A stretch of 64,000 nt of DNA from Eubacteriales bacterium (GCA_045585895.1 JAZMZI010000084.1:33196-97195); one strand, 5' to 3'; positions 47,481 through 57,455 are shown, counted from the first letter of the stretch. Notes: generated by a model from the sequence alone, not told the origin. Made by a program: numbers and translations.

Positions 47481-49064
47481 ATGGCATCAAAAACGAGAGT
47501 TTTTTTCCTAAACGCCCTCTCATTGACTGCAACCGCGCTGATCATGAGAGGAGTTGGAATGATATTCAACGTCATCGTTTCCAACCGCGCAGGCAGCGAA
47601 GCTATGGGACTTTACTCGATGCTCGGAAGCGTTTACGCCTTTTCCATAACTCTCGGTGCTGCCGGAATAAATCTTGGCGCTACGAGGATCGTATCGGAGG
47701 CACTGGGCATTGGAGATGAAGAATTGGCGAGACGGTCCGTAAGGAGAGCTTTGCTTTGCTGTTCTCTTACGTCAGCGGCGGCGGCTATCCTTTTGTTTTC
47801 GTTATCGTCAATTCTCGGAAATTATCTGCTTTGCGACTCAAGAGCTGTAAAACCTCTGAAAATACTCGCCATCACTATACCGCCTATAGCGATCTGCTCT
47901 TGTCTTTCGGGATATTTCACTGCCGTGCGGAGGGTAAAAGTCAACGCAGCACTACAGGTCGTAGCTCAGTTTGCAAGGATAGGTGCAACGCTCTTTTTCC
48001 TCTCTTTTTTTGCAAACAACGACCCCGAAAGTGCTTGTGTCGCGTTGGTGCTCGGCGGAGCGCTGACCGAATTTTTGTCTCTTGCAGTATCCTACGTTTT
48101 ATACAGGATCGACTTAAAAAAGCTTAAAATCAAGGAGCATAATTCTCCTAACGACAAAGGTATTACGAAAAAACTGCTGTCAATAACGCTTCCCGTGACG
48201 TTCAGCGCCTGTATACGCTCGGCTCTCAGTATGCTTCAACACGTTCTTATACCGCGCGGACTCAGCAAAAGCGGAAAAAGCTGGGCGGAGGCGCTTTCCT
48301 CTTACGGAGCGCTTCACGGAATGGCAATGCCGCTTATTCTTTTTCCGTCGGCTTTCATTTCGGCTTTTGCGGGTCTGCTTATTCCCGAGATCGGTGAGTG
48401 TTGCGTACAGAATAACACTCAAAGACTTGAAAGAGTCTCGTATCGCGCTCTTACGTTATCCTTGATATTTTCAATCGGCATTTCGGGAATTATGATCTTT
48501 TTCTCCCAAGAATTCGGTTTATTGGTCTATAAGAGCGAAGAGACGGCACAGTATATCCGCATAATGGCTCCTCTCATACCCGTAATGTATATCGACGGCA
48601 CCGTAGATGCCATTTTGAAGGGTACGGGACATCAGGTCTATTCCATGAACGTAAATATTGCCGACGCTCTCACGGCTTGCCTTTTTGCGATATTTCTCAT
48701 ACCAAAGCTTGGTATTGCGGGTTATATCGTATCGATATACGCCACCGAGATAATGAATACGACCTTGAGTCTTATTAAAATGATAAGCGTAAGCGGTATC
48801 AAGATCAAGCTTTTCCATCAGATAGTCTTCCCAATCCTCTGCATTATCGGCGCGACCAACGCTTCAAAGCTCGTTCTTTTCATTACTCCGCATCCTTTTA
48901 ATGACGTTTTTGAGCTTATTCTTCACGTTGCCCTGACTTTCGTTATTTATATTGCCCTTCTTATTACCACGAGAACGATAGGCAAGGATGAGTGGGAATT
49001 TCTATACGCCTCCCTGCTCTCCAAAAAGGTTTATGACAAAAAGTTTCGTCCCGAAAACTCATAA
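47481..49064 (+). CDS. spoVB: SpoVB-like MOP-family (MurJ/polysaccharide) flippase
   Basis: About 14 TM helices, GSEAMGLY, SGYFTA, YGALHGMAMPL, DAILKG.G.Q; ATG after GGAGG. Confidence 0.72.
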   Translation: MASKTRVFFLNALSLTATALIMRGVGMIFNVIVSNRAGSEAMGLYSMLGSVYAFSITLGAAGINLGATRIVSEALGIGDEELARRSVRRALLCCSLTSAAAAILLFSLSSILGNYLLCDSRAVKPLKILAITIPPIAICSCLSGYFTAVRRVKVNAALQVVAQFARIGATLFFLSFFANNDPESACVALVLGGALTEFLSLAVSYVLYRIDLKKLKIKEHNSPNDKGITKKLLSITLPVTFSACIRSALSMLQHVLIPRGLSKSGKSWAEALSSYGALHGMAMPLILFPSAFISAFAGLLIPEIGECCVQNNTQRLERVSYRALTLSLIFSIGISGIMIFFSQEFGLLVYKSEETAQYIRIMAPLIPVMYIDGTVDAILKGTGHQVYSMNVNIADALTACLFAIFLIPKLGIAGYIVSIYATEIMNTTLSLIKMISVSGIKIKLFHQIVFPILCIIGATNASKLVLFITPHPFNDVFELILHVALTFVIYIALLITTRTIGKDEWEFLYASLLSKKVYDKKFRPENS

Positions 49065-49070
49065 AAGCGC

Positions 49071-49105
49071 AAACACCCCGTGGACTATTTGCCCACGGGG
49101 TATTT
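49071..49105. terminator. Bidirectional terminator
   Basis: ACCCCGTGG/CCACGGGGT inverted repeat between convergent genes. Confidence 0.75.
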
Positions 49106-49182
49106 GTAACTATAATTACATTGACATATTATAAACTGAAGTTAAAAGCGCAACTTGTTTACCTATCTTAGTTATTACAGTC

Positions 49183-49515
49183 TTACTGAGCAGAGCGTCT
49201 TGCTTCGAAGCACTTGCTGCAGTAAACGGGTCTGTCGCTGGAAGGCTGGAAAGTAAGCTTTGCCTCGCCGCCGCATTCGCTACAAGTAGCGATGAAGTAC
49301 TGACGCTCGCCTCTCTCAGCATTCTTTTTCTTGTCGCGGCAAGCCTTGCAGCACTTGGGCTGGTTCTTAAAGCCCTTTTCAGCGTAGAATGCCTGCTCAC
49401 CTGCGGTGAATACGAAATCCTCTCCGCAATCTCTGCACTTAAGAGTAATATCCTCGTATACTACTTCGGCAGCAACCTCTTCTACACCTTCAACTTTTAC
49501 TTCATTCTCGCACAT
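49183..49515 (-). CDS. Double zinc-ribbon protein (CxxC-x17-CxxC family)
   Basis: YEDITLKCRDCG.DFVFTAGEQ.FY.EKGF.N.P..C..CR and CSECG...PVYCSKCF. Confidence 0.88.
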   Translation of the reverse strand: MCENEVKVEGVEEVAAEVVYEDITLKCRDCGEDFVFTAGEQAFYAEKGFKNQPKCCKACRDKKKNAERGERQYFIATCSECGGEAKLTFQPSSDRPVYCSKCFEARRSAQ

Positions 49516-49614
49516 GTGTTTTTTACCTCGCTTTGATGATTAAGTAGCCCCCATGCTCCGCTTTTACAGCATTGGGAACAAAAATGTATTATAAACCTCC
49601 CACGGGGAAATTTA

Positions 49615-50223
49615 TCAAAAATTATTCTTGTCGTGCAATAGTCCCTTCAGCTTTTTTCTGATACGGTATATTGCGTTTGACACCGATCTGGCATCCTGAA
49701 TTCCGAGACTCTCGGTGATCTCGGAGGCGCTCATTCCCGATACGTACATCCACCAGACTCGGTTTTCATAATCGGATAGCTTGCCTCTGATCAAGGTTAT
49801 AAGCTCGGCCGCATTCTCTTCGTCAACTATCTTTTGCAAAAAATTCTGCGATTCACCGCCGTCTGCCCGATCAAGGGAGACCACGGGGCTTTTCATTCTG
49901 CGCAGATAAGAACGAACGTAGGAATTCAGAGCGTTTTCTATGCATATTTTGGCATACAGACCGAAATCGACCTCGGAATACGCGGCGTCGTAATTACAGG
50001 CAGCGTTGCAAAAGCTTATAAAAGCTTCTTCCCTGAGATCGACGTTATCCTGCCGTGACATTTCGGGCAGATAATGCTTTGATATCCGAGACTCGATAAG
50101 AGGCGTGTATATTGCTTTTAATTCAAGTAACGCATCTTGACTTCCGTCTGCCGTTTTCTCAAGCAGCTCGGCAATCGTTTCTTTCGAGTGAGCGCCGTAA
50201 AAATCCTTATTACTTCCGTTCAT
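49615..50223 (-). CDS. SigH-like alternative sigma-70 factor (regions 2 and 4)
   Basis: DLREEAFISF...F.LYAKICI.N region 2; LSDYE.RV...Y.SG.S..EI...SVSNAIYRIRKKL region 4. Confidence 0.8.
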   Translation of the reverse strand: MNGSNKDFYGAHSKETIAELLEKTADGSQDALLELKAIYTPLIESRISKHYLPEMSRQDNVDLREEAFISFCNAACNYDAAYSEVDFGLYAKICIENALNSYVRSYLRRMKSPVVSLDRADGGESQNFLQKIVDEENAAELITLIRGKLSDYENRVWWMYVSGMSASEITESLGIQDARSVSNAIYRIRKKLKGLLHDKNNF

Positions 50224-50259
50224 TTATCCTCTGTACACCATTATATTCATATATATATG

Positions 50260-50288
50260 ATTATACCATTATTGTGCTTATAGGTCAA
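50260..50288 (-). promoter_or_regulatory. sigmaA promoter of the sigma factor gene
   Basis: TTGACC-17-TATAAT with extended TG. Confidence 0.7.
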
Positions 50289-50513
50289 TAGTCTTTCTGT
50301 CGATTTTCTTTTGTCAAATATGACAAAATGTACCGTTTAATGGTTAGAATTGCACAAATAGCGACTCATCCTTTTGTGCATAAAAATCGCATTGTTGTGC
50401 AACCGTCACAACAATGCGCGAAAAAGTTTGTTAATATTTACTTTGAATTAAAACGACTATTATCAATTTATCACAAAGCCGCATAATACAAGTGTTGATT
50501 TTTGTGCAATTCG

Positions 50514-51065
50514 TCAATTAAATATGAAATTTATATTTCCCGAAAGTAGCGCCATAACACCTTTATACACGACCTCGGGATGATCGCGGAAATTATCCTC
50601 CATACGCTTTGCTCGGTTAAGGGTATCAACGACGACGCTATTCTGCATTATAATCTGATTTTTTTCTTTTATGATGCAAACGACGTCGTATCTTCCGTCA
50701 TCGCGCTCGTCGATCCTGCTCGTAACGGAAATGCTTCTCTTTTTAAAATCAAGATAACGCAGAGCACATTCAAGGCTTTTGTCAAGCAGTGACGAAAGGA
50801 TCTCACTGCGAAGCTCGGTTGCCACTATTCTTCCCTTGTCGGTCACGATATACATAGGGTCACCCGCCTCGTTTTTGCACTCCTCGCAGACAAGCTCACT
50901 TTCCAGCATTTCGTGGAACGATTCCGCAAAATCAAGGTACATTACGTAATCGTTTTGCATAACTATATCGTTGAGCGTTACGTAGTCGAGGGGATAGTTT
51001 ATATTTTGCATAAGGTAAAGAACGAATATCTTTACGTTTCTTTTGTCTCTGATTCTTGCTCCCAT
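50514..51065 (-). CDS. DUF4364 family protein
   Basis: KIFVLYL....YPL, Y.VTDKG wHTH-like N-terminus, F.DHPE.VY C-terminus. Confidence 0.75.
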   Translation of the reverse strand: MGARIRDKRNVKIFVLYLMQNINYPLDYVTLNDIVMQNDYVMYLDFAESFHEMLESELVCEECKNEAGDPMYIVTDKGRIVATELRSEILSSLLDKSLECALRYLDFKKRSISVTSRIDERDDGRYDVVCIIKEKNQIIMQNSVVVDTLNRAKRMEDNFRDHPEVVYKGVMALLSGNINFIFN

Positions 51066-51146
51066 GGGTAATAACTCCTGAAATTCACTGATCGTGGTTT
51101 ACATAGTATATTTTATCATAAAATTTAAATTTTTTCAATAGGATAG

Positions 51147-51175
51147 TTGCAATTTCCGAAAAAATATGTTATAAT
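51147..51175 (+). promoter_or_regulatory. sigmaA promoter of hom
   Basis: TTGCAA-17-TATAAT with extended TG. Confidence 0.7.
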
Positions 51176-51233
51176 AATTTTTCAGAGCAAAAAAAGCTCT
51201 TTTATTTACTTTTTTCCCGAAAGGACTCACAAA

Positions 51234-52451
51234 ATGGTAAACGTGGCAATACTCGGTTTCGGAGTCGTAGGCTCAGGGGTCGCCGAGGTACTTACTCAGA
51301 ACAAAAGCATAATTGAGAGTAAACTCTCCAAGGAGATCAACATCAAGTATATTCTCGATCTTCGCGATTTTCCCGGAAATCCCTTTGAAAACAAGATCGT
51401 ACACGATTTTAATGTAATACTTAACGACCCCGAAGTTTCCGTCGTCGCCGAAATGATGGGCGGCTCTCACCCCGCTTACGACTTCTCAAAGGCTTGCCTT
51501 GAGGCAGGCAAGAGCGTAGTCACCTCCAACAAAGAGGTAGTTGCAAACTTTGGCGCGGAGCTTCTTGAGATCGCAAAGGCACACGGAGTAGCTTATCTCT
51601 TTGAGGCAAGCGTTGGCGGCGGTATTCCGATCATCCGTCCTATGTGCCACGATCTTGCTTCCAACAACATCACCGAGATCAACGGTATCCTCAACGGTAC
51701 TACAAACTATATCCTTACGAAAATGACCGCGGAGGGCGAAGCTTTTGCCGACGTGCTCAAGGACGCGCAAAACAAGGGCTATGCGGAAAGAAATCCCGCG
51801 GCTGACGTTGAAGGACTCGACGCGGCAAGAAAGATCGTAATTCTTGCTTCCCTTGCCTTCGGAAAGGCTATCTCTCCCAACGACATCCACGTTGAAGGTA
51901 TTACCGAGATCACCACGGAGGACGTTGAGCAGGCAAATAAATTCGGTTACGCTATCAAGCTTATCGGACATGCAGAAAAGATCGACGGTAAGATACTTGC
52001 TATGGTATCACCCAGACTTATTCCCCATTCAAATCCTCTCTCGGGCATAAGCGACGTATTCAACGGCATTCTTCTTAACGCGGATATGGTCGGACAGGTT
52101 ATGTTTTACGGCCCCGGTGCGGGCAAGCTTCCCACCGCAAGCGCGGTTTGCGCCGACATCGTTGACATTATCGCTCATATGGACGGCGAGATCGCACTTC
52201 CCGAATTTGAGGTTGCAACCGCTGAAGATATTGCAGACTTCGATAGCTACGCTTGCAAGAGATTTTTCGTCTTTAAGAAGTGCGCAGATTGCAGTATAAC
52301 TCTTGAAGGTGTTGAGAAATGCTTCGGCGTGAAATGCTCCTTTGCTTCTTCCGACGATACCGTGTGGGTTATTACCGACGTGATGACCGAATCGGTTGCC
52401 GCAGAGATTGCAAAAAAGCTTAACTGTTGCAAGGTCTACAGAATTCTTTGA
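51234..52451 (+). CDS. hom: Homoserine dehydrogenase
   Basis: LGFGVVGSG, VVTSNK, EASVGGGIP, NGTTNYIL, GPGAGKLPTASAV. Confidence 0.95.
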   Translation: MVNVAILGFGVVGSGVAEVLTQNKSIIESKLSKEINIKYILDLRDFPGNPFENKIVHDFNVILNDPEVSVVAEMMGGSHPAYDFSKACLEAGKSVVTSNKEVVANFGAELLEIAKAHGVAYLFEASVGGGIPIIRPMCHDLASNNITEINGILNGTTNYILTKMTAEGEAFADVLKDAQNKGYAERNPAADVEGLDAARKIVILASLAFGKAISPNDIHVEGITEITTEDVEQANKFGYAIKLIGHAEKIDGKILAMVSPRLIPHSNPLSGISDVFNGILLNADMVGQVMFYGPGAGKLPTASAVCADIVDIIAHMDGEIALPEFEVATAEDIADFDSYACKRFFVFKKCADCSITLEGVEKCFGVKCSFASSDDTVWVITDVMTESVAAEIAKKLNCCKVYRIL

Positions 52452-52462
52452 TAATAAACGTT

Positions 52463-52491
52463 AAAAAATCCGCCGAAAAATCGGCGGATTT
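52463..52491. terminator. Bidirectional terminator
   Basis: AAATCCGCCGA/TCGGCGGATTT inverted repeat. Confidence 0.78.
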
Positions 52492-52586
52492 CCTCATTTA
52501 AAAAGGCAAAATCAATATTTTTAAGTCTGATCTTGTCTTTTCTTTTAAAAGTGGCTTTTGTTCTGCGCCAAATGAATAAGCCCATT

Positions 52587-53804
52587 TTATTTGCCCTTTA
52601 TTTTTTTCCAATACTCCTCTGCGGCTTTTTCATTTTTATTGTCGCCGTAGAAATAATATTTCTTGTTCTTAAGATCATCGGGCAGATACTGCTGCTCGAC
52701 GTAGCGATTGGGATAGTCGTGGGGATATTTATAGCCCTTGAAAAGCGGACTTTGGAGGTGAGTGGGAGGAGTCAGTCCTCTGCCTGCTCTGACGTCCTCA
52801 AGAGCTGCATCCACCGCCAAATGTTGGGTGTTGGATTTTGGCATCGTTGCAAGTAAGATCGCCGCGTGACCGAGGGGGATCCTTGCTTCGGGCAGTCCCA
52901 ACTCGCGCGCCGAGTCACAGCAAGCTTTAACGATAACGGGAGCCATCGGATAGGCAAGCCCTATATCCTCGGTGGCTATCACCTGCAAGCGTCGGCAAAG
53001 TGATATTATGTCTCCCTGTTCTACCATCTTTGCGACGTAAAACGCCGCCGCGTCGGGATCGGAGCCTCTGATCGACTTTTGAAGGCACCCCAACATATCG
53101 TAATGAACGTCATCGTTATAGTTACCTATGCCATAATTAAACTGATCGGCATCCGCGGGAGTTATCTCTCCATCAGCTGAAAAATAAGCGTTTTCAAACA
53201 GACCTATAGAACGTCTGACGTCTCCGCCTGCCGCCTTGGCTATATATTCAGCCGTGTCCCTGCTTACCGTCTTTTCGGTATCGTTTTCTTTATTGAGATA
53301 ATCAAGTGCCTTATATAGCATTTTTGCACATTCGGAAGGCTCTACCGTTTTAAATTCAAAGAGCGACGAACGTGAGATTATTGCGTTATAGACGTAAAAA
53401 TGAGGATTTTCGGTCGTTGACGCGATAAGCGTTACTCTGCCGTCCTCTATGTACTCAAGCAACGCCTGCTGCTGCTTGCGGTTGAAATACTGGATCTCGT
53501 CTATATAAAGCAAAGTTCCGTTTGAACCGAAAAGACTTCCCGAGCTTGCAAGCACCTCCTTGACATCTGCTGTCGACGCGTTCGTGGCGTTCAGCTTATG
53601 GAAATCCATTCCCGATTGCTTTGCAATTATTGATGCGGCAGTAGTTTTACCCGTACCTGGAGGACCGAAAAATATCATATTGGTAAGTCTGCCGCCCTCC
53701 AACATTCTGCGGATAACTCCGCGCTCACCGAAAAGGTGCTTCTGACCTGCAATATCGTCTATTGTCTGCGGACGCAAAAGATCCGCCAACTGTGCGTTTC
53801 TCAT
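52587..53804 (-). CDS. rarA: Replication-associated recombination protein A (MgsA/RarA)
   Basis: LRP, GPPGTGKTT, TTENP, KSIRGSDPDAA, EDIGLA, YKYPHDY. Confidence 0.94.
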   Translation of the reverse strand: MRNAQLADLLRPQTIDDIAGQKHLFGERGVIRRMLEGGRLTNMIFFGPPGTGKTTAASIIAKQSGMDFHKLNATNASTADVKEVLASSGSLFGSNGTLLYIDEIQYFNRKQQQALLEYIEDGRVTLIASTTENPHFYVYNAIISRSSLFEFKTVEPSECAKMLYKALDYLNKENDTEKTVSRDTAEYIAKAAGGDVRRSIGLFENAYFSADGEITPADADQFNYGIGNYNDDVHYDMLGCLQKSIRGSDPDAAAFYVAKMVEQGDIISLCRRLQVIATEDIGLAYPMAPVIVKACCDSARELGLPEARIPLGHAAILLATMPKSNTQHLAVDAALEDVRAGRGLTPPTHLQSPLFKGYKYPHDYPNRYVEQQYLPDDLKNKKYYFYGDNKNEKAAEEYWKKIKGK

Positions 53805-53821
53805 TATTTTATCCTTACAAT

Positions 53822-54745
53822 TTAATCAAATAATCCTGACGACAGGTATCTTTCTCCCGTGTCGGGAAGAATAACGACTATTTTTTTGCCTTCGCTTTCG
53901 GGGCGATCGGCGATCTTCAAAGCCGCCGATATCGCGGCTCCCGAGGATATACCGACCAATATTCCCTCTGTCCTTGCAACTTCCCGCGCCGCAGAAAACG
54001 ACTCCTCATCACTGACCGTAACGATCTCATCAATTACCGAAAGATCAAGAGTTTCGGGTAAAAATCCCGCACCGATCCCCTGAATCTTATGCGCTCCCGA
54101 TCTGCCTTCGGTCAGATAAGGCGACCCTGCTGGTTCAACGGCGACAACCTTAATATTTGGGTTCATTTCCTTAAGATATCTGCCTGTGCCGCTGACGGTT
54201 CCACCCGTTCCCGCGGTAGCTACGAGAATATCCACGTCTCCGTCGATATCCTCCCATATTTCGGGCCCCGTGGTTTTATAGTGTGCGTCAGGATTTGAAG
54301 GATTTTGAAACTGACCCGCGACGATCGCTCCGTCAATGCTCTTCGCCAGCTCTTCTGCGCGTGAAATAGCCCCCTTCATGCCAAGTGCGCCATCGGTCAG
54401 TACTAACTCCGCACCGTAAGCAGACATTAGCAGCTGCCTTTCCTTTGACATATTATCGGGCATAACGATTATTGCCCTGTATCCTTTTGACGCGCAGATA
54501 GCGGCAATACCGATGCCTGTGTTACCGCTGGTAGGCTCTATAACGGTGCTGTCTTGGGTTAAAATGCCTTCTGCCTCATACGTTTCTATCATATTGAGTG
54601 CAACTCTGTCTTTCACCGACCCTGCGGGATTGAAAAACTCTATCTTCGCGTATATCTTTGCCAACGTTGCTTTTTTTTCTTCGGTTCTGACAAGCTCCAA
54701 CAAAGGAGTTTTGCCGACGATCTCGGCTATCGATCTGTATATCAT
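53822..54745 (-). CDS. cysK: Cysteine synthase A
   Basis: NPAGSVKDR PLP lysine, EPTSGNTG, GTGGT, HKIQGIG, PDTGERYLS. Confidence 0.96.
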   Translation of the reverse strand: MIYRSIAEIVGKTPLLELVRTEEKKATLAKIYAKIEFFNPAGSVKDRVALNMIETYEAEGILTQDSTVIEPTSGNTGIGIAAICASKGYRAIIVMPDNMSKERQLLMSAYGAELVLTDGALGMKGAISRAEELAKSIDGAIVAGQFQNPSNPDAHYKTTGPEIWEDIDGDVDILVATAGTGGTVSGTGRYLKEMNPNIKVVAVEPAGSPYLTEGRSGAHKIQGIGAGFLPETLDLSVIDEIVTVSDEESFSAAREVARTEGILVGISSGAAISAALKIADRPESEGKKIVVILPDTGERYLSSGLFD

Positions 54746-54774
54746 TTTTAACCGCCTTCGTATATTTTAATGAA

Positions 54775-54803
54775 ATTATATCACATTTTCCATACAATTG
54801 CAA
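54775..54803 (-). promoter_or_regulatory. sigmaA promoter of cysK-rarA
   Basis: TTGCAA-17-TATAAT with extended TG. Confidence 0.7.
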
Positions 54804-54925
54804 CACTTGAAAGATACTTTTTCCGCAAAAAAGAATTTCATTTTGCCAAATTATACAAATTTGACTTTTTGAGAAACCAAACATATTGAATTTTTCTACA
54901 AAATTAAAAAAATCAGAAAAAAATA

Positions 54926-54953
54926 TTGACAAATTTACTTTATGTGGTATAAT
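54926..54953 (+). promoter_or_regulatory. sigmaA promoter of the feo operon
   Basis: TTGACA-16-TATAAT with extended TG. Confidence 0.75.
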
Positions 54954-54962
54954 AAATACAGA

Positions 54963-54980
54963 AGTTAGCAACGGCTAACT
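54963..54980. promoter_or_regulatory. Palindromic operator 1 (DtxR/IdeR-like)
   Basis: AGTTAGC-AACG-GCTAACT just downstream of the -10 box. Confidence 0.7.
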
Positions 54981-55036
54981 CAATTATGGCGCAACAGTAT
55001 TTTATTACTTGTTCGCTCATTAAAAAGGAGTTACAA

Positions 55037-55249
55037 ATGAATCTGCGAGACGCACAAGAAGGAAAAGAATATCTCATCAAGGATATAGTCACCAACGATG
55101 AAGAACTCGACTCTTTTCTGTTTTCTCTCGGGTGTTACGTCGGTGAACCCATCACCGTTATTTCAAAGCGAAGAAGCGGATGCGTTGTTTCTATCAAGGA
55201 CGGTCGCTACAGTATCGACAAGGATCTTGCGGCTGCCATAAAGATATGA
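55037..55249 (+). CDS. feoA: Ferrous iron transport protein A
   Basis: FLFSLGCY.GE.ITVIS, IKDGRYSID..LA; AAGGAG RBS. Confidence 0.9.
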   Translation: MNLRDAQEGKEYLIKDIVTNDEELDSFLFSLGCYVGEPITVISKRRSGCVVSIKDGRYSIDKDLAAAIKI

Positions 55250-55275
55250 CCGGCTTCTATTTATTTTTGATGTAG

Positions 55276-55293
55276 AGTTAGCTTGTGCTAACT
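55276..55293. promoter_or_regulatory. Palindromic operator 2 (DtxR/IdeR-like)
   Basis: AGTTAGC-TTGT-GCTAACT between feoA and feoB; arms identical to operator 1. Confidence 0.7.
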
Positions 55294-55342
55294 TCCATTA
55301 ATTCTCTATTGTTAAGCAATCACTATACGCGGAGGATATCAA

Positions 55343-57445
55343 ATGAGGATAGCGCTTACAGGAAATCCAAACAGCGGAAAAACCACTATGTTCAATGCTC
55401 TGACCGGAAGCAACGAAAAAATCGGCAACTGGGCGGGCGTTACGGTTGATAAGAAAGAAAGAGCAGTTAAAAGTAAATATTGCAAGGGCAAAGAGCGTGT
55501 GATCGCCGTTGACCTTCCGGGAGCTTACTCAATGTCTCCCTTCACCAACGAGGAAAGCATTGCCAGCGATTACGTTAAAAACGAATCGCCCGACGTAATT
55601 CTTAACATCGTAGACGCTACAAATCTCAGCCGCAGTCTTTTCTTCACAACCCAACTGCTTGAGCTTGGAATTCCCGTGGTCGTGGCACTGAATAAGACCG
55701 ACGCCAACGAAAAAAAGCACAACGCGATCAACACAAACGCTTTGTCCGAGTTGCTTGGGTGTCCCGTGCTTGAAACCGTATCAACATCAGGCAAGGGACT
55801 CAAGGATATAGTTGCCGCCGCTTATTCGGTCGTTGGAAAGGATCAGACCTCTCCCTACCGTCAGGATAATATCGATCTTACCGATAAGTCCTCCGTGCTT
55901 GAAGCGGACAAAGCAAGATTTGACTTCGTGAACAATATAGTGGCTGAAGTTGAAAAAAGACGTGTACTTACGAAAGACCTCAATTTTCAGGACAAGATCG
56001 ACGCTCTCATTACCAACAAATGGCTTGGAATACCGATCTTTGCGCTCGTCATGTTTCTCGTTTTTCAGATATCCCAGGCTTGGGTAGGTCCGCTTATCGC
56101 AAACGGAGTTACGTTTAACGAAGGGCTTGAGAACGAGGTGGTTATTCCCGGACTCGTTACCTTTATCGATATGTTCGGAGACTTTATAAACGGACTTATG
56201 GAAGGTAACGTTCATCCGCTCCTCACTTCTATCGTGGTTGACGGAATTATCGGCGGCGTAGGCGCAGTCATCGGATTCCTTCCTCTCGTTATGGTGATGT
56301 ATTTCCTTATCGCTCTCCTTGAGGATTGCGGATATATGGCGCGTGCCACTGTCGTACTTGACCCCATTTTCAAGAAAGTCGGACTTTCGGGAAAATCAGT
56401 CATTCCCTTCGTTGTCGGTACGGGTTGTGCCGTCCCCGGTGTTATGGCTTGCCGCACTATCAAAAATGAGCGTGAGCGCAAAGCCACGGCAATGCTTGCC
56501 CCCTTTATGCCTTGCGGCGCAAAGCTACCCGTCATTGGTCTTTTTGCAGGAACCTTCTTTAAAAATTCCGCGTGGGTAGGAACGCTTATGTACTTCGCGG
56601 GAATCGTTATTATACTTATCTGCGCACTTATAATCAAGTGGATCACGGGTCACAATAAGAAATCCTACTTCATTATAGAGCTTCCCGAGTATAAGATCCC
56701 ATCCTTTTCAAAGTCGGCGGGATCTATGCTTCAAAGAGGCTGGTCTTATATTCAGAAGGCTGGTACCGTCATACTCGTGTGTAACCTTATCATTCATTTG
56801 ATGCAGAATTTCACCTGGAGCTTCACACTTATAGAGGAAGGCGCAGAAAGCTCGTCTATCCTCGCAACCGTGGCGGTTCCCTTTGCGTTCCTCTTTGCGC
56901 CCGTAATAGGATACGTTTCATGGCAGCTTGCAAGCGCGACCATAACCGGATTTATTGCCAAGGAAAACGTAGTCGGAACTCTCGCGGTGTGCTTTGGAAT
57001 TTCCAATCTTATAAACGCCGAAGAAATGGTTATTGAAAACGGCGCAAACGTCTCTGAAATTGCCTTGGCGTTTGGTAAAGGCAGCGGCGCGGCAATGACG
57101 GGCGTTGCGGCTCTTGCTTTTCTCCTTCTCAATCTTTTCTCTCCCCCGTGTTTTGCTGCTATCGGTGCTATGAGCTCGGAAATGGGTAACGGAAAGTGGT
57201 TCTGGAGCGGAATAGGACTTCAGTTTGCCGTCGGTTATTCCGTAAGCTTTCTCACCTTCTTTTTCGGTACGCTTATTACGGGCGGAAGTCTCGGAGAGCT
57301 CTGGATGCCCATCGTCGGCTGGGTGATAATAGGCGTTATCGCTTCTCTCCTTACTTTTTTGATAATCAGAAATCAAATACGCCTAAAAAGGGAGTCTGCA
57401 TTAAAAGCATCGGCAAAAGTCGAAAAGGAAGCCGCTTTGGTGTGA
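55343..57445 (+). CDS. feoB: Ferrous iron transport protein B
   Basis: GNPNSGKTT, GNWAGVTV, DLPGAYS, LEDCGYMAR, PFMPCGAK, AKENVV, PPCFA. Confidence 0.96.
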   Translation: MRIALTGNPNSGKTTMFNALTGSNEKIGNWAGVTVDKKERAVKSKYCKGKERVIAVDLPGAYSMSPFTNEESIASDYVKNESPDVILNIVDATNLSRSLFFTTQLLELGIPVVVALNKTDANEKKHNAINTNALSELLGCPVLETVSTSGKGLKDIVAAAYSVVGKDQTSPYRQDNIDLTDKSSVLEADKARFDFVNNIVAEVEKRRVLTKDLNFQDKIDALITNKWLGIPIFALVMFLVFQISQAWVGPLIANGVTFNEGLENEVVIPGLVTFIDMFGDFINGLMEGNVHPLLTSIVVDGIIGGVGAVIGFLPLVMVMYFLIALLEDCGYMARATVVLDPIFKKVGLSGKSVIPFVVGTGCAVPGVMACRTIKNERERKATAMLAPFMPCGAKLPVIGLFAGTFFKNSAWVGTLMYFAGIVIILICALIIKWITGHNKKSYFIIELPEYKIPSFSKSAGSMLQRGWSYIQKAGTVILVCNLIIHLMQNFTWSFTLIEEGAESSSILATVAVPFAFLFAPVIGYVSWQLASATITGFIAKENVVGTLAVCFGISNLINAEEMVIENGANVSEIALAFGKGSGAAMTGVAALAFLLLNLFSPPCFAAIGAMSSEMGNGKWFWSGIGLQFAVGYSVSFLTFFFGTLITGGSLGELWMPIVGWVIIGVIASLLTFLIIRNQIRLKRESALKASAKVEKEAALV

Positions 57446-57455
57446 GGTAACTATT

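Noticed and set aside
51186-51212. AGAGC-A7-GCTCT-TTT hairpin in the hom leader as an attenuator
   Set aside because: 5-bp stem is too weak; no leader peptide, T-box or aptamer.
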